A DNA stretch of 64,000 nucleotides from Chitinophagaceae bacterium (GCA_019747705.1 JAIEQM010000019.1:1921-65920); one strand, 5' to 3'. Counted from the stretch's first letter, positions 45,475-55,736 are shown. The notes: generated by a model from the letters alone, not told the origin. Numbers and translations are program-made.

Positions 45475-45915
45475 TTATTTGAGCAGTTCTTTTACCACTG
45501 CACTAATGGTTTTACCATCTGCTTTGCCGGCCAGTTGTTTGGTGGCAGCGCCCATCACTTTTCCCATATCAGCAGCAGAAGAAGCGCCCGTGTCAATGAT
45601 TATTTTTTGCACCGCCAGCTTTAACTCGTCTTCACTCATTTGCTGAGGCAGGAATTTTTCAATCACTTTTATTTCCTCTTCTTCTTTCTGTGCAAGATCA
45701 GTACGGTTCTGCTGTTTAAAAATGTCTAATGAATCTTTGCGCTGCTTTACCATTTTCTGCAGCATTTTCAACTCCGCATCTTCTGTAACCTCTGTACCGG
45801 AAGTTTTTAATAAGAGCAATGCGGCTTTAATGGCACGAAGCCCACGGAGGCTTGCTTCATCTTTTGCTTTCATGGCCTCTTTCATTTCAGCCATTACCTG
45901 TGTTTCCAAACTCAT
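45475..45915 (-). CDS. GatB/YqeY-domain protein
   Basis: 146 aa with MKEAMKAKDEASLRGLRAIKAAL...VKQRKDSLDIF. Confidence 0.85.
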   Translation of the reverse strand: MSLETQVMAEMKEAMKAKDEASLRGLRAIKAALLLLKTSGTEVTEDAELKMLQKMVKQRKDSLDIFKQQNRTDLAQKEEEEIKVIEKFLPQQMSEDELKLAVQKIIIDTGASSAADMGKVMGAATKQLAGKADGKTISAVVKELLK

Positions 45916-45925
45916 AAAAAATGGT

Positions 45926-46279
45926 TTATTGATTTTGTTTCAATTGTTCTGCTTTAAATTTTTTCATCATGGTTTTTGCAAACTCTTTCATATCAGTACT
46001 TATATCTGTACTGTTGGTGGCACGCAAAAAAGAATCGGCCATGGTCATAAGCGTTTGATAATAAAAATCGGCCATTTCATCCACCATCATATCTTTTGTC
46101 CACAAATCAATACGGAGGGCGCTTTTATCAGCCCCATCCCAAAAAGAAATCATCATGGCTTTGGCACGCTGGTCCATATCAGCCGTGCTGTCAGTAGCTT
46201 TCCAGGTAATCATCTCCGGCACACGGCCTTCGTCCATCATTACATCAATTGAAATTGTGCTCTTGTGTGTCATATTCAT
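45926..46279 (-). CDS. gldC: gliding motility protein GldC
   Basis: 117 aa with ISIDVMMDEGRVPEMITWKATDS...MMISFWDG...LRIDLWTKDMMVDEM. Confidence 0.8.
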   Translation of the reverse strand: MNMTHKSTISIDVMMDEGRVPEMITWKATDSTADMDQRAKAMMISFWDGADKSALRIDLWTKDMMVDEMADFYYQTLMTMADSFLRATNSTDISTDMKEFAKTMMKKFKAEQLKQNQ

Positions 46280-46289
46280 TATTGAGCTG

Positions 46290-46297
46290 CAAAGGTA
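46290..46297 (-). promoter_or_regulatory. Bacteroidota -7 promoter box TAccTTTG upstream of gldC
   Basis: Minus strand AACCTACCTTTGCAGC. Confidence 0.45.
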
Positions 46298-46326
46298 GGT
46301 TTTACGAAGTGAAGTGAGGCGCTGTT

Positions 46327-47433
46327 TTACAACTGCGCCCCTTCATTTGCTGCTGCATACAACAGGCATTGCATTATTTTTTCTGCCGATGTACCTGCTG
46401 AAAATGCTGAGAGTTGCTGCTGTGCATTGGAAATAATCTTATTGCGGTACGTTTCATCTTTATACAGCAGCATCATTTTGTAAGCCATATCATCCACATT
46501 GTCAGCATCAGCATATACAAACAGCCCCTCCTGCTGCGAAAAATAACCGGGCTGGCACATCAATACCGGCACTTTGCATTGTAATGCCTCCTGGGGTAAT
46601 ACCCATTCATCAGTTTCAATTGCCAGTTGCAATACAGCATATGCTGATGCAACAATACCTGCTTTTTGTTCTGAGCTTACATGATTGCCTGTAAATACAA
46701 CATCTCCACGGTATTTGTAGGCAGCAAGTAAATCTGAAACAGCTTTATCCTTTAAAGGAGCCTCTCCCGCCACCACCAATTTCATATTTGATTGCAGCCT
46801 TTTTTTGAAAAATGAAAATGATCTGAGCAGATTGATGAAACAGTTCCCGGCCGATGCTGTGTGATTGATGAAAAAATATTCATGCCCCCCGGTTATTTCT
46901 TTTTTGATGATTTCACGTTGCTCCCATTCCACAGGTTGAAAGATAACATCCGGCACAAAAGGCGCTATAAAAATTTTTGTTTCAGGAACGTTCATACCGC
47001 TGATAAGAAATTGCTTCACGGGCCGGGAGCTAACCAGTATGCCTGCCACCAATGAAAGCTGTTTTGCAGAAATGTTCTTTAATTGCTTTACATGGCCGAT
47101 ATAAAGTACAAGGGGGATGTTTCCGGGGGTTTTCAAAAAGCGGCTGCTTAATAAAACAGCAGGTTTTATTTGCCGCAATCGTTTTTGAAAGGCTTTTTTT
47201 GCTTTGATTTTGGTTAGTAAATTTCCTGTTTTGATATAGTAAAAAATATTTTTTTTACTATCTGTCCCCTTATAATCACTTTTTTGTTCATTATAAATAA
47301 ACAATAAACGGCGCCCGGGAAAACCTTTTTCAATAAAGCTGCAAAGCGTTTTGTTAAATAAAAAAGTTTTATTCTCAAAGATTTCCCCCTCAAAAAGATC
47401 AAAAACGAAAATCATATGATAAAAAAAGGACAA
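46327..47433 (-). CDS. glycosyltransferase (GT-B, GT4-like); start uncertain
   Basis: 368 aa. The C-terminal half reads KLVVAGE...GDVVFTGNHVS...ASAYAVLQLAIETDEWVLPQEALQCKVPVL, typical of a GT-B C-domain. Confidence 0.55.
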   Translation of the reverse strand: MSFFYHMIFVFDLFEGEIFENKTFLFNKTLCSFIEKGFPGRRLLFIYNEQKSDYKGTDSKKNIFYYIKTGNLLTKIKAKKAFQKRLRQIKPAVLLSSRFLKTPGNIPLVLYIGHVKQLKNISAKQLSLVAGILVSSRPVKQFLISGMNVPETKIFIAPFVPDVIFQPVEWEQREIIKKEITGGHEYFFINHTASAGNCFINLLRSFSFFKKRLQSNMKLVVAGEAPLKDKAVSDLLAAYKYRGDVVFTGNHVSSEQKAGIVASAYAVLQLAIETDEWVLPQEALQCKVPVLMCQPGYFSQQEGLFVYADADNVDDMAYKMMLLYKDETYRNKIISNAQQQLSAFSAGTSAEKIMQCLLYAAANEGAQL

Positions 47434-47852
47434 AAGTAAACTTTCCTAAAACATGATACAGATTATTCAGTGCTGCTGAAATATCCCATCGTATAATCTG
47501 ACTGGTATAATGAAGAATTTCCAAGCATAAAATCATTGCAGCGCCCGTTGCAAATGCTAAAATGTTAGTGTAAATTTATAATCAGATAGAGTGAAAAAGA
47601 AAAGTCACCTCTATTCAGCTAAGGAGATACACTTATAAAGCAAAAATTCGTATGCAGAATTAATTTGAAAAATTAATACACTGCAGTAAAGTTTGGAATA
47701 ATAATTGTGTTATAGAACCACTGAATACAGGGAACCAAATTTCTCTTCCTAAATTATTGAAAATGAGTATTTGAAAATATTATTCTGCTTTTCCCCCACA
47801 GGTTGAGCATGAATGAAACTAGATGGTTTTACAATGTGGATTTTGGGTAAAC

Positions 47853-47885
47853 GACCCCGCTTTCCAGCGGGGTCTTCCTTTTTTA
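47853..47885 (+). terminator. orphan rho-independent terminator in a 540 bp AT-rich non-coding region
   Basis: gaccccgctttccagcggggtc followed by ttcctttttt. No ORF ends upstream of it. Confidence 0.6.
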
Positions 47886-47972
47886 AGGGTTTTCACCTGT
47901 TCTGTTTTTTAAAAAATAATTTTATGTTTGTTATGAGATTATAATTCCAGTATCCAATAAAAACCAAAAACT

Positions 47973-48440
47973 ATGAAGAAGCTGTTATTCGTACTTCTTT
48001 TAAGTTTATCCGTTACCGCATCATTTGCACAGGAAGAATTAAAATTTTCTTCAGGACGTGATAAGCATGATGGCAAACCACAACTGTTTGCCGGTCTTTC
48101 CCAAAAAATTTCAGTTAAAGCAGGATTCATTGATGAAGTGATGAATTCGAAAATGAACGAGGAAGTAACATTGCAGGTTGTTGAAGGTTTTGCTTTTACA
48201 GGTAAAGTCATTTCCAAAAGCAGCGATGTACCGGGTCTTGAAACAGTAACTGTTGAAAACAGCAGCAGGAAAGGTTTTGTATTAACGCTGTCAAAAATTA
48301 CAACACCCGTTGATGGTGTTACTTACCGGGGTATGCTCAAAGGACGTGATTTTAGTGATATACTTCTTTTAGAGAAAGATATTGTTACCGGGTTTTACCA
48401 ATGGATAAAGAAAAAATTATCGCAAGCCATATCTGACTAA
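47973..48440 (+). CDS. secreted hypothetical protein
   Basis: 155 aa with a signal peptide (MKKLLFVLLLSLSVTASFAQ). Confidence 0.55.
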   Translation: MKKLLFVLLLSLSVTASFAQEELKFSSGRDKHDGKPQLFAGLSQKISVKAGFIDEVMNSKMNEEVTLQVVEGFAFTGKVISKSSDVPGLETVTVENSSRKGFVLTLSKITTPVDGVTYRGMLKGRDFSDILLLEKDIVTGFYQWIKKKLSQAISD

Positions 48441-48508
48441 ATGAAATGACCTGTTTTTAAATCCGATACCTGACCGAAAATAAAACCGAAACAAAAAAAT
48501 CCAATCCC

Positions 48509-50107
48509 ATGAAACGCTTTTCCAATGCAACATGCGCATTAGCGCTGCTGTTTGCAAGCCTTACTGTAAAAGCCCAGATTCCCAAACTCAACAGCTACCC
48601 CCAGCAAACACAGGCTGCTATTTTCCTGGACTTTGATGGGCAAACTGTTACTTCCCCTTACTGGACGTCCACGCCATTTTATGCCACACCTGCCGTTTTA
48701 ACCATTGATCAGGTTACAAGAATATTTAACCAGGTATCAGAAGATTACCGGCCCTTTAACATCAACATCACTACTGATTCAACAGTTTATTTTGCAACGC
48801 CCTTTACCAAAAGGCAGCGGGTGATTATTACTGATTACAGTTCGTGGTATGGTTCAGCAGGTGGTGTTGCATGGACCAATTCCTTCCGATGGGGATTGGA
48901 AGTGCCTGCATTTGTGTTCAGCAATTTGCTCAACAACAACGCCAAAAATGTAGCCGAAGCCAGCTCACATGAAGCCGGTCACTCACTGGGGTTAGAACAT
49001 CAAAAAACGTATAATGCCAGTTGCGCACTTATTGCTGAGTATAACTCAGGCATTGGTACCGGCGAAATTGGCTGGGCCCCCATTATGGGCAGCAGTTACA
49101 GCAGAAATCTTTCGCTGTGGCACAATGGCACCAGCGGAAGTTGTTCATCTTTTCAGGATGATATTGCTACGATTGCCGGCTCCGCCAATGGTTTTGGTTT
49201 ACGCACTGATGATATTGGTAATACCACCAGCCAGGCAGCAACCGTAACAATAACGGGCTCCACTTTTGCCACATCAGGTATCATTAACAATACCAATGAT
49301 GTGGATGTATTCCGTTTTAATTTTTCACAGAACGGAAGATTAACACTCAATGCAATCCCTTTCAACATAGCAGGAGGCTTTCAATCGGCCAATATTGATA
49401 TGAAAGTGGAGTTACTGAACAATGCCGGGGTTCTTCTTAACCAATTTAACCCAAGCACCACTCTGCAAGCTACGATTGATTCGATGCTCAACACCGGTAC
49501 TTATTTTCTGCGTATTTCCAATGTAAGTAATGCCAATGTGAGCAACTATGGTATGCTGGGTAATTATAACATCAGCGGCAGTTTCCAGGCAGGTTCTACG
49601 TTACCCATTTACGATTTGCAGTTAAGTGCAAGAGTAAACAATAGCAAACATGAACTCGACTGGAATATTATTGCCGATGAACCTATTGAAACTATCAAAA
49701 TCCAGATTTCAACTGACGGCCGGAACTTCACCAGCCTGCAGGATGTAAATGGCAGTCTGCGCCAGTTCAGTTACCAGCCTCTTGAAAAAACAAAACTGTT
49801 TTACCGGCTGCATGTAACCACCGCTTCGCAGTTACAGTATTATTCCAATATTGTGTCGCTGCGGGCAGACAGGAGCAATGCCAAATACAACCTCAACAGC
49901 AATTTTATTAACGGCAACTCCATCGTAGTAAACAGCAATGGCAGTTATAACTGGAGATTAGTGGATATGAGCGGACGTCAGTTTGCCAGCGGCCGCATGA
50001 ATACCGGTTATAACCGTATTGATGCAGCAGCGCTGAGCAGCGGTATATACCTGCTGCAAATTATTGACGGCACTGAAATGAACACTGAAAAATTAGTAAA
50101 ACAATAA
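48509..50107 (+). CDS. secreted zinc metalloprotease (HExxHxxGxxH) with pre-peptidase-like domain and T9SS C-terminal sorting domain
   Basis: 532 aa with a signal peptide and SSHEAGHSLGLEHQ. C-terminal ...LSSGIYLLQIIDGTEMNTEKLVKQ is typical of Por/T9SS CTDs. Confidence 0.75.
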   Translation: MKRFSNATCALALLFASLTVKAQIPKLNSYPQQTQAAIFLDFDGQTVTSPYWTSTPFYATPAVLTIDQVTRIFNQVSEDYRPFNINITTDSTVYFATPFTKRQRVIITDYSSWYGSAGGVAWTNSFRWGLEVPAFVFSNLLNNNAKNVAEASSHEAGHSLGLEHQKTYNASCALIAEYNSGIGTGEIGWAPIMGSSYSRNLSLWHNGTSGSCSSFQDDIATIAGSANGFGLRTDDIGNTTSQAATVTITGSTFATSGIINNTNDVDVFRFNFSQNGRLTLNAIPFNIAGGFQSANIDMKVELLNNAGVLLNQFNPSTTLQATIDSMLNTGTYFLRISNVSNANVSNYGMLGNYNISGSFQAGSTLPIYDLQLSARVNNSKHELDWNIIADEPIETIKIQISTDGRNFTSLQDVNGSLRQFSYQPLEKTKLFYRLHVTTASQLQYYSNIVSLRADRSNAKYNLNSNFINGNSIVVNSNGSYNWRLVDMSGRQFASGRMNTGYNRIDAAALSSGIYLLQIIDGTEMNTEKLVKQ

Positions 50108-50149
50108 CCGCTTTAAGTTTCTTTTTGCTTACCTGTCCGATTACAAAAA

Positions 50150-50171
50150 AACTGCCCCGCATGGGGCAGTT
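50150..50171 (+). terminator. rho-independent terminator
   Basis: aactgccccgcatggggcagtt followed by cttgtttg. Confidence 0.65.
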
Positions 50172-50213
50172 CTTGTTTGTAAGAAAGGATGCTTACATTT
50201 GCTTTTTACAGAT

Positions 50214-50909
50214 ATGGAATATAATACAACAAGAAACCACCTCATTATCCGTGAATACGGAAGGCACATACAGAAGATGGTGGATCATCTTTTATCAATT
50301 GAAGACAAAAAACAGCGCCAGGACCAGGCACACCTGGTAATTGAACTCATGGGTTTCCTCAACCCCCATTTAAAAAATGTAGAAGACTTCCGGCATAAAT
50401 TATGGGATCATTTGTTTTTGATTGCCGGTTTTAAATTAGACGTGGAGAGCCCCTATCCGATTCCCACAAGAGAAACGCTTAAGGCAAAACCCCAGCGGCT
50501 CAGTTATCCCAAGCGTTACCCCAGGTACAATCATCTCGGAAAGAATATTGAAATTGTTATTGATAAAGCGCTGGCAGAAGAAAATCCTGATAAAAAACAG
50601 GGGTTTGCCAATGCCATTGCTTATTACATGAAGCTGAGTTATAACAACTGGCATAAAGAAAATGTGCAGGATGATACCATACAGGCAGAACTGCAGGCCA
50701 TTACCAAGGGTGAACTGGAGTTTAACAACCGGCCTTTTGTGCGCCAGTACCGGCCCAGTGATGATTTCAGGGATAACCGTGGCGGTGGTGGTAAATACAA
50801 AAAACATTTTCAGCAGCGTGGTGGCAGTGGTGGAAGAGATAACCGGAGCGGCGGCGGAAGAGACAACCGTAATGGCAGTGGCGGCGGAAAGTTTAAGAAA
50901 AGATATTAA
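50214..50909 (+). CDS. DUF4290-domain protein with RGG-rich C-terminal tail
   Basis: Start moved to MEYNTTRNHLIIREYGRHIQKMV (typical DUF4290 N-terminus, conserved upstream of murA). Tail: RGGGGKYKKHFQQRGGSGGRDNRSGGGRDNRNGSGGGKFKKRY. Confidence 0.8.
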   Translation: MEYNTTRNHLIIREYGRHIQKMVDHLLSIEDKKQRQDQAHLVIELMGFLNPHLKNVEDFRHKLWDHLFLIAGFKLDVESPYPIPTRETLKAKPQRLSYPKRYPRYNHLGKNIEIVIDKALAEENPDKKQGFANAIAYYMKLSYNNWHKENVQDDTIQAELQAITKGELEFNNRPFVRQYRPSDDFRDNRGGGGKYKKHFQQRGGSGGRDNRSGGGRDNRNGSGGGKFKKRY

Positions 50910-51010
50910 TAGCATCCGTGCAATTATAAATGATGAGGATATTGGGTTTGCTGTAACAGCGAACCCTTTTTCATTTTACATTGCAGCAGATTTGAGAACT
51001 TGTAATACCA

Positions 51011-51136
51011 ACCAGACATTAAAACTGCCAAACCTTATTGTCATCCCGACGAAGGAGACACCTGCTGAACAATATTACTAATGACTAACAGTTCCCTCCT
51101 TCGTCGGGATGACAATACAACTTTAATGTAACTGGT
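51011..51136. repeat. MITE-like palindromic element (21 bp perfect inner inverted repeat, extended imperfect arms)
   Basis: attgtcatcccgacgaaggag (51037-51057) is the exact reverse complement of 51096-51116. The outer arms accagacattaaaa / tttaatgtaactggt also pair. Confidence 0.7.
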
Positions 51137-51176
51137 ATATATTTATTCCATCACCAACAATCTAATCACTTAACTC

Positions 51177-52487
51177 ATGCATTCCTTTGAAGTAAGAGGC
51201 GGTAAAAAATTAAAGGGAGAAATTATTCCGCAGGGCGCCAAGAACGAAGCGCTGCAAATCATCAGTGCGGTATTGCTCACACCTGAAAAAGTAACGGTGA
51301 CCAATATCCCGGATATTATTGATGTAAACCTGTTAATTGAACTGCTGGGTGAAATGAATGTGAAGATCGAACGGCCGCAACGGGATACCTGCATTTTTAA
51401 AGCAGATGATGTGGATGTGGATTATTTACACAGTGAAACTTATAAAAAGAAAAGCGGCAAACTGCGTGGAAGTGTAATGCTGGCAGGCCCTATGCTGGCA
51501 CGTTATAAAAAAGCATTTATTCCCAAACCCGGCGGTGATAAAATAGGAAGAAGAAGAGTGGATACCCATATCATCGGTTTTCAAAAACTGGGAGCTGATT
51601 TTAATTATCATGCTGAAGATGGTTTTTTTCATTTAACCACCACCGGATTAAAAGGGGTTGATATGCTGCTGGATGAACCTTCTGTAACGGGCACGGCCAA
51701 TCTGGTAATGGCGGCCTGCATGGCCCAAGGCATTACTCATATTTATAACGCTGCCTGTGAGCCATATATACAGCAGTTGTGTAAAATGCTCAACGCCATG
51801 GGTGCAAAGATCAGTGGTATTGGAAGTAACCTGTTAACCATTGAAGGTGTGTCATCACTGGGCGGCGCCACACACCGTATTTTACCGGATATGATTGAAG
51901 TGGGTTCCTTTATTGGTTTGGCAGCTATGACGCAGAGTGATATCACCATTAAAGATGCAGGTATTGAACACCTTGGAATTATTCCTGAAAAATTCAGGCA
52001 GTTGGGTATTGAACTGAATTTTAAAGGCGATGATATTCATATACCGGAACAGGAGCTGTATGAAATACAACGTTATTTTGATGGCGGTGTGCTTACGGTG
52101 TATGACCATCCCTGGCCGGGTTTTACACCGGATTTACTGAGTATTGTTCTGGTAACTGCTATACAGGCCAAAGGAAGCGTACTCATTCACCAGAAAATGT
52201 TTGAAAGCCGTTTGTTTTTTACCGATAAGCTGATTGATATGGGCGCACAAATTATTTTGTGTGATCCGCACCGTGCCGTGGTGATTGGTTTGGAACGGGA
52301 ACAGCAACTGAGAGGGATTACCATGAGCAGCCCTGATATACGTGCCGGGCAGGCATTACTCATTGCTGCATTAAGTGCAGAAGGTAAAAGTATTATTCAA
52401 AACATTGAGCAGATTGACAGGGGCTATCAATACATTGACGAGCGATTGCGGAAGTTAGGGGCTGATATTAAACGTATAGAAGCCTGA
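51177..52487 (+). CDS. murA: UDP-N-acetylglucosamine 1-carboxyvinyltransferase
   Basis: 436 aa with GAKNEALQII, KPGGDKIGRRRVDTH, and PWPGFTPDL. Confidence 0.95.
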   Translation: MHSFEVRGGKKLKGEIIPQGAKNEALQIISAVLLTPEKVTVTNIPDIIDVNLLIELLGEMNVKIERPQRDTCIFKADDVDVDYLHSETYKKKSGKLRGSVMLAGPMLARYKKAFIPKPGGDKIGRRRVDTHIIGFQKLGADFNYHAEDGFFHLTTTGLKGVDMLLDEPSVTGTANLVMAACMAQGITHIYNAACEPYIQQLCKMLNAMGAKISGIGSNLLTIEGVSSLGGATHRILPDMIEVGSFIGLAAMTQSDITIKDAGIEHLGIIPEKFRQLGIELNFKGDDIHIPEQELYEIQRYFDGGVLTVYDHPWPGFTPDLLSIVLVTAIQAKGSVLIHQKMFESRLFFTDKLIDMGAQIILCDPHRAVVIGLEREQQLRGITMSSPDIRAGQALLIAALSAEGKSIIQNIEQIDRGYQYIDERLRKLGADIKRIEA

Positions 52488-52694
52488 GAATTTATGGATG
52501 GCCTGATTTTGCTCTGTAGATGGGGCGGGTATGGTGGTGAAGGGGGAGTTCGGGTTCGATATTTAATTTTCAGCTTTAGTTCATAACTTCAATAACACAT
52601 CTTTACTCAGCAGCAGTTACGGACTAACAACTTTCAAATACCATCACATCACAAGGTCGTAGCTGTTGTGTGTAACTTTACCAGATCCTGAAAT

Positions 52695-53513
52695 ATGAAT
52701 AGCTTTTCCAATATAGGTTTTCCCGTTGAGACAGAAGACGAATTTCAAACATTAGTTAAGTTTTGTTTTGATAATGGGCAATATATTAAATGCTCTGACG
52801 GAGAGCATATTATGTTTATTCAGACAAATCAGGAGCAGAACTTTATGGTCGATTGAATAAGCAGGATGAGATAATTGGAATGAACCCTCATTTTAATGGA
52901 AAAAGTAAAAGGAATTTTTTTTTAACAAGAACATATTCAAGACCAGAAAGCGAATTAGACGGCGCATTTCATTGTTGGGCTGACCCTGAAAATGAAAACG
53001 AACCGGAAAGCGGAGCCTACCCCTTTGTATTTGACGTTCCTAACTTTAAACCAATTGCAGAAATACATTATCCCAAAGACTATCAAATACAGCTTTCTGC
53101 ATTTGCCCGGGAAATAAATATTTACAATGATGAACAAGCATTTTCAGAAAAAAAATTCAATAGGTGACTGAGAAAACGATTTGAAGCTTGCTTCACAATC
53201 TTTTATACCAGACGGACTTTTTAATGAGAAAGAAAACAGTTTACCACAAGCCACCTGATTTTTTGCAGGAATAATTAAAGAGCGGGAACTCTTATCAAAG
53301 GGAAAAACAAAAGAAAATTTTTATTGGCTGCTTATTGAACCATTGGGAGGAGAAGTTGACATAGTATTTGACACCAAACTTGCTAATAAAGAACCCCGCA
53401 TCGGAGGTGTTGCTCAAGGAGTATGTTGGTTAAGCGGCAAACTAAATGATCCACCTTTTCAAGACGAAATGATTGAAACACAAAAATCATTTTGGCAAAA
53501 GCTTTTTGGCTGA
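52695..53513 (+). pseudogene. frameshifted remnant of an unknown gene in an AT-rich patch
   Basis: Three consecutive ORF pieces lie in different frames: MNSFSNIGFPVETEDEFQTLVKFCFDNGQYIK...; ...GMNPHFNGKSKRNFFLTR...EKKFNR; and ...IIKERELLSKGKTKENFYWLLIEPLGGEVDIVFD...FWQKLFG*. Confidence 0.45.
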
Positions 53514-53625
53514 CAGAAAAAAGCTGCACAGAACACGGGGTTCCTGCGTATTGATATGACACAGAATTAACCGCTTATATCAGGCTTTGTACAATTGAGG
53601 CGCACCGTTGAAAGAGTCACCGGTA

Positions 53626-54198
53626 TTACAACCCAATCGGCAGTTTCACCAGTTCATCATCCCATGCCATTACAAGATTAAAAAGCTTATCACTCACTTT
53701 TTCAAACACAATGGTAAAGGCTTCGTTCAATTCTGTCTGGCGGGTTACGGTGCAGTCAACACGCACCACATCTTTTTTGGCATTATAATTAAAAGCGCCC
53801 CAAATATCAGTTTCGGTGTTTAAGATCAGCGTCCATTTGTCCTGGTTTTCCAATGCATACAATGTATAGCGTCCTTTCTTAATGGTTTTGCCGCCCATTT
53901 TTACATCCCTGAAAAATTCAATCTCCGTTGCTTCATTGGCGCCGAGGCGCCACACTTTACCATCTTCCACCAGCTCACCAAACACTTTGCGTCCGTTTTT
54001 TTGCGGCCGGCTGTAAATAACCCTTGCCACCAATGGCTCCGCTGTTTTATTGGGCTGTATGCGCAGGATGGGATAATTCACCGGGTAATAACTCATATCC
54101 ATGGGCGATTTATCCAGCGGCGGAAACTTACTTCCGTTTTGCGCATTAACAGTTACAAGTGCAAAGAGGAACAGGCTGCAAAGGGTCAAATGTTTCAT
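53626..54198 (-). CDS. DUF2911-domain secreted protein
   Basis: 190 aa with a signal peptide and LDKSPMDMSYYP...VWRLGANEATEIEF...GRYTLY. Confidence 0.75.
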   Translation of the reverse strand: MKHLTLCSLFLFALVTVNAQNGSKFPPLDKSPMDMSYYPVNYPILRIQPNKTAEPLVARVIYSRPQKNGRKVFGELVEDGKVWRLGANEATEIEFFRDVKMGGKTIKKGRYTLYALENQDKWTLILNTETDIWGAFNYNAKKDVVRVDCTVTRQTELNEAFTIVFEKVSDKLFNLVMAWDDELVKLPIGL

Positions 54199-54406
54199 TC
54201 TTAATTTTTTTAGCTGAGCAAATTTAGAGAAATACGTTTATAAGCAGACGATGTTACAGCAGCAGCAGGTTTGCTGCAGACCCGCAAACATTTAACAGGC
54301 TGCTTGTTGCCGTATCAAAATCCTGCTGCTTTTAATCATCATGAGTACTGCCATTCAGCAGCTTTCAGTAACTTTCTGCCGGCTATTATTGCACATATTG
54401 TGTTTT

Positions 54407-55705
54407 ATGTATAAAGAAATTTTATATCAAACTGCTGCAGAAGCATTATCTGTTATCCAAAGCAACCAGCGGGTGTTTGTACACGGCAGCGCCCAAACAC
54501 CTTTATTCCTGTTAAGAGAACTGGCAAAACAGGCGCCCCGTTTGCAAAATGTAGAACTCACTTTTATTACCGTGCAGGGCGATATCACAATTGATAAACC
54601 GGAGTATGAAGGCATCTTCAACATCAACTGCATGTTTGTGAGCGAAAGTATTCGCAAAGCAGTGAATGAAGGCCGTGCTGACTTTATTCCTGTATTCCTC
54701 AGCGACATCCCTGATTTATTTAAGAAGGGTTATTTGCCCATTGATGTGGCGCTGGTGCAGGTATCACCGCCCGATGCACATGGCTACTGCTCACTCGGTG
54801 TGAGTGTGGATATTGCACGAAGCGCTGTAAACACGGCCAAACATATTATTGCACAGGTAAATCCCAGTGTGCCCCGCACGCATGGCGACAGCCTGATACA
54901 TGTGGAGCGTATTGATTGTTTTGTGTATTGTGAAGATGCATTGCCCGAAGTGGATTATGGAAGTAAGGTGGATGCTGATGAATTACAGATTGGAAAATAC
55001 ATTGCTGAAATGATTGATGATGGCAGTACACTGCAAATGGGGATCGGCACCATTCCGGATGCGGTATTGAAATCACTCACCAATCATAAAAATTTGGGTG
55101 TGCATACAGAAATGTGCAGTGATGGTATTATTGATTTGTTTGAACGGGATGTAATCAATAACACCCAAAAGAAAATCCATCCTTATAAAGCAGTAACCGG
55201 TTTTGCAGTGGGTACCAAAAAACTGTATGATTATGTAAATGATAACCCTGCTTTTGTTTTTTTGGATATTGATTATGTAAATAACCCTCATGTGATACGC
55301 CGCAATCCCAAAGTAATTGCCATTAACAGCGCTATTGAAGTGGATTTAACAGGGCAGGTATGTGCTGATAGTATCGGCACCATACAATACAGCGGTATTG
55401 GCGGGCAAATGGATTTTATGCGTGGCGCTGCCTTGAGCGAAGGCGGCAAACCCATTATTGCGCTTACTTCAAGAACAGCAAAAGGCGTGAACCGCATTAC
55501 CCCTTTTTTAAAACAGGGAGCAGGTGTAGTAACCACAAGAGGACATATTCATTATGTGGTTACAGAATATGGCGTGGCCAGTTTGTATGGAAAAAATTTA
55601 CGGCAACGTGCCAAAGCCTTAATGGATATTGCACATCCCGGTGACAGGGAAATGCTGGAGCGTGCCAGTTATGAACGGTTCAAACATTTTCCGGCTCATT
55701 ATTGA
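54407..55705 (+). CDS. acetyl-CoA hydrolase/transferase family protein (4-hydroxybutyrate CoA-transferase-like)
   Basis: Start moved to MYKEILYQTAAEAL. Contains GIGTIPDAV, EVDLTGQVCADSIG, GIGGQMDFMRGA. Confidence 0.85.
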   Translation: MYKEILYQTAAEALSVIQSNQRVFVHGSAQTPLFLLRELAKQAPRLQNVELTFITVQGDITIDKPEYEGIFNINCMFVSESIRKAVNEGRADFIPVFLSDIPDLFKKGYLPIDVALVQVSPPDAHGYCSLGVSVDIARSAVNTAKHIIAQVNPSVPRTHGDSLIHVERIDCFVYCEDALPEVDYGSKVDADELQIGKYIAEMIDDGSTLQMGIGTIPDAVLKSLTNHKNLGVHTEMCSDGIIDLFERDVINNTQKKIHPYKAVTGFAVGTKKLYDYVNDNPAFVFLDIDYVNNPHVIRRNPKVIAINSAIEVDLTGQVCADSIGTIQYSGIGGQMDFMRGAALSEGGKPIIALTSRTAKGVNRITPFLKQGAGVVTTRGHIHYVVTEYGVASLYGKNLRQRAKALMDIAHPGDREMLERASYERFKHFPAHY

Positions 55706-55736
55706 GATGGAAATGAAATTCGTTTAAAAGATGGGT

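Noticed and set aside
45722-46252. 176-aa plus-strand ORF opposite the GatB/YqeY gene and gldC
   Set aside because: Antisense shadow crossing an intergenic gap.
50436-51081. 159-aa minus-strand and 139-aa plus-strand ORFs around the DUF4290 3' end
   Set aside because: Alternative-frame images of the GGN-rich RGG tail, with no independent support.
52500-52580. G-rich stretch with GGGTTCGAT that superficially recalls a tRNA T-arm
   Set aside because: No acceptor stem, D-arm or anticodon arm can be drawn. It is not a tRNA.
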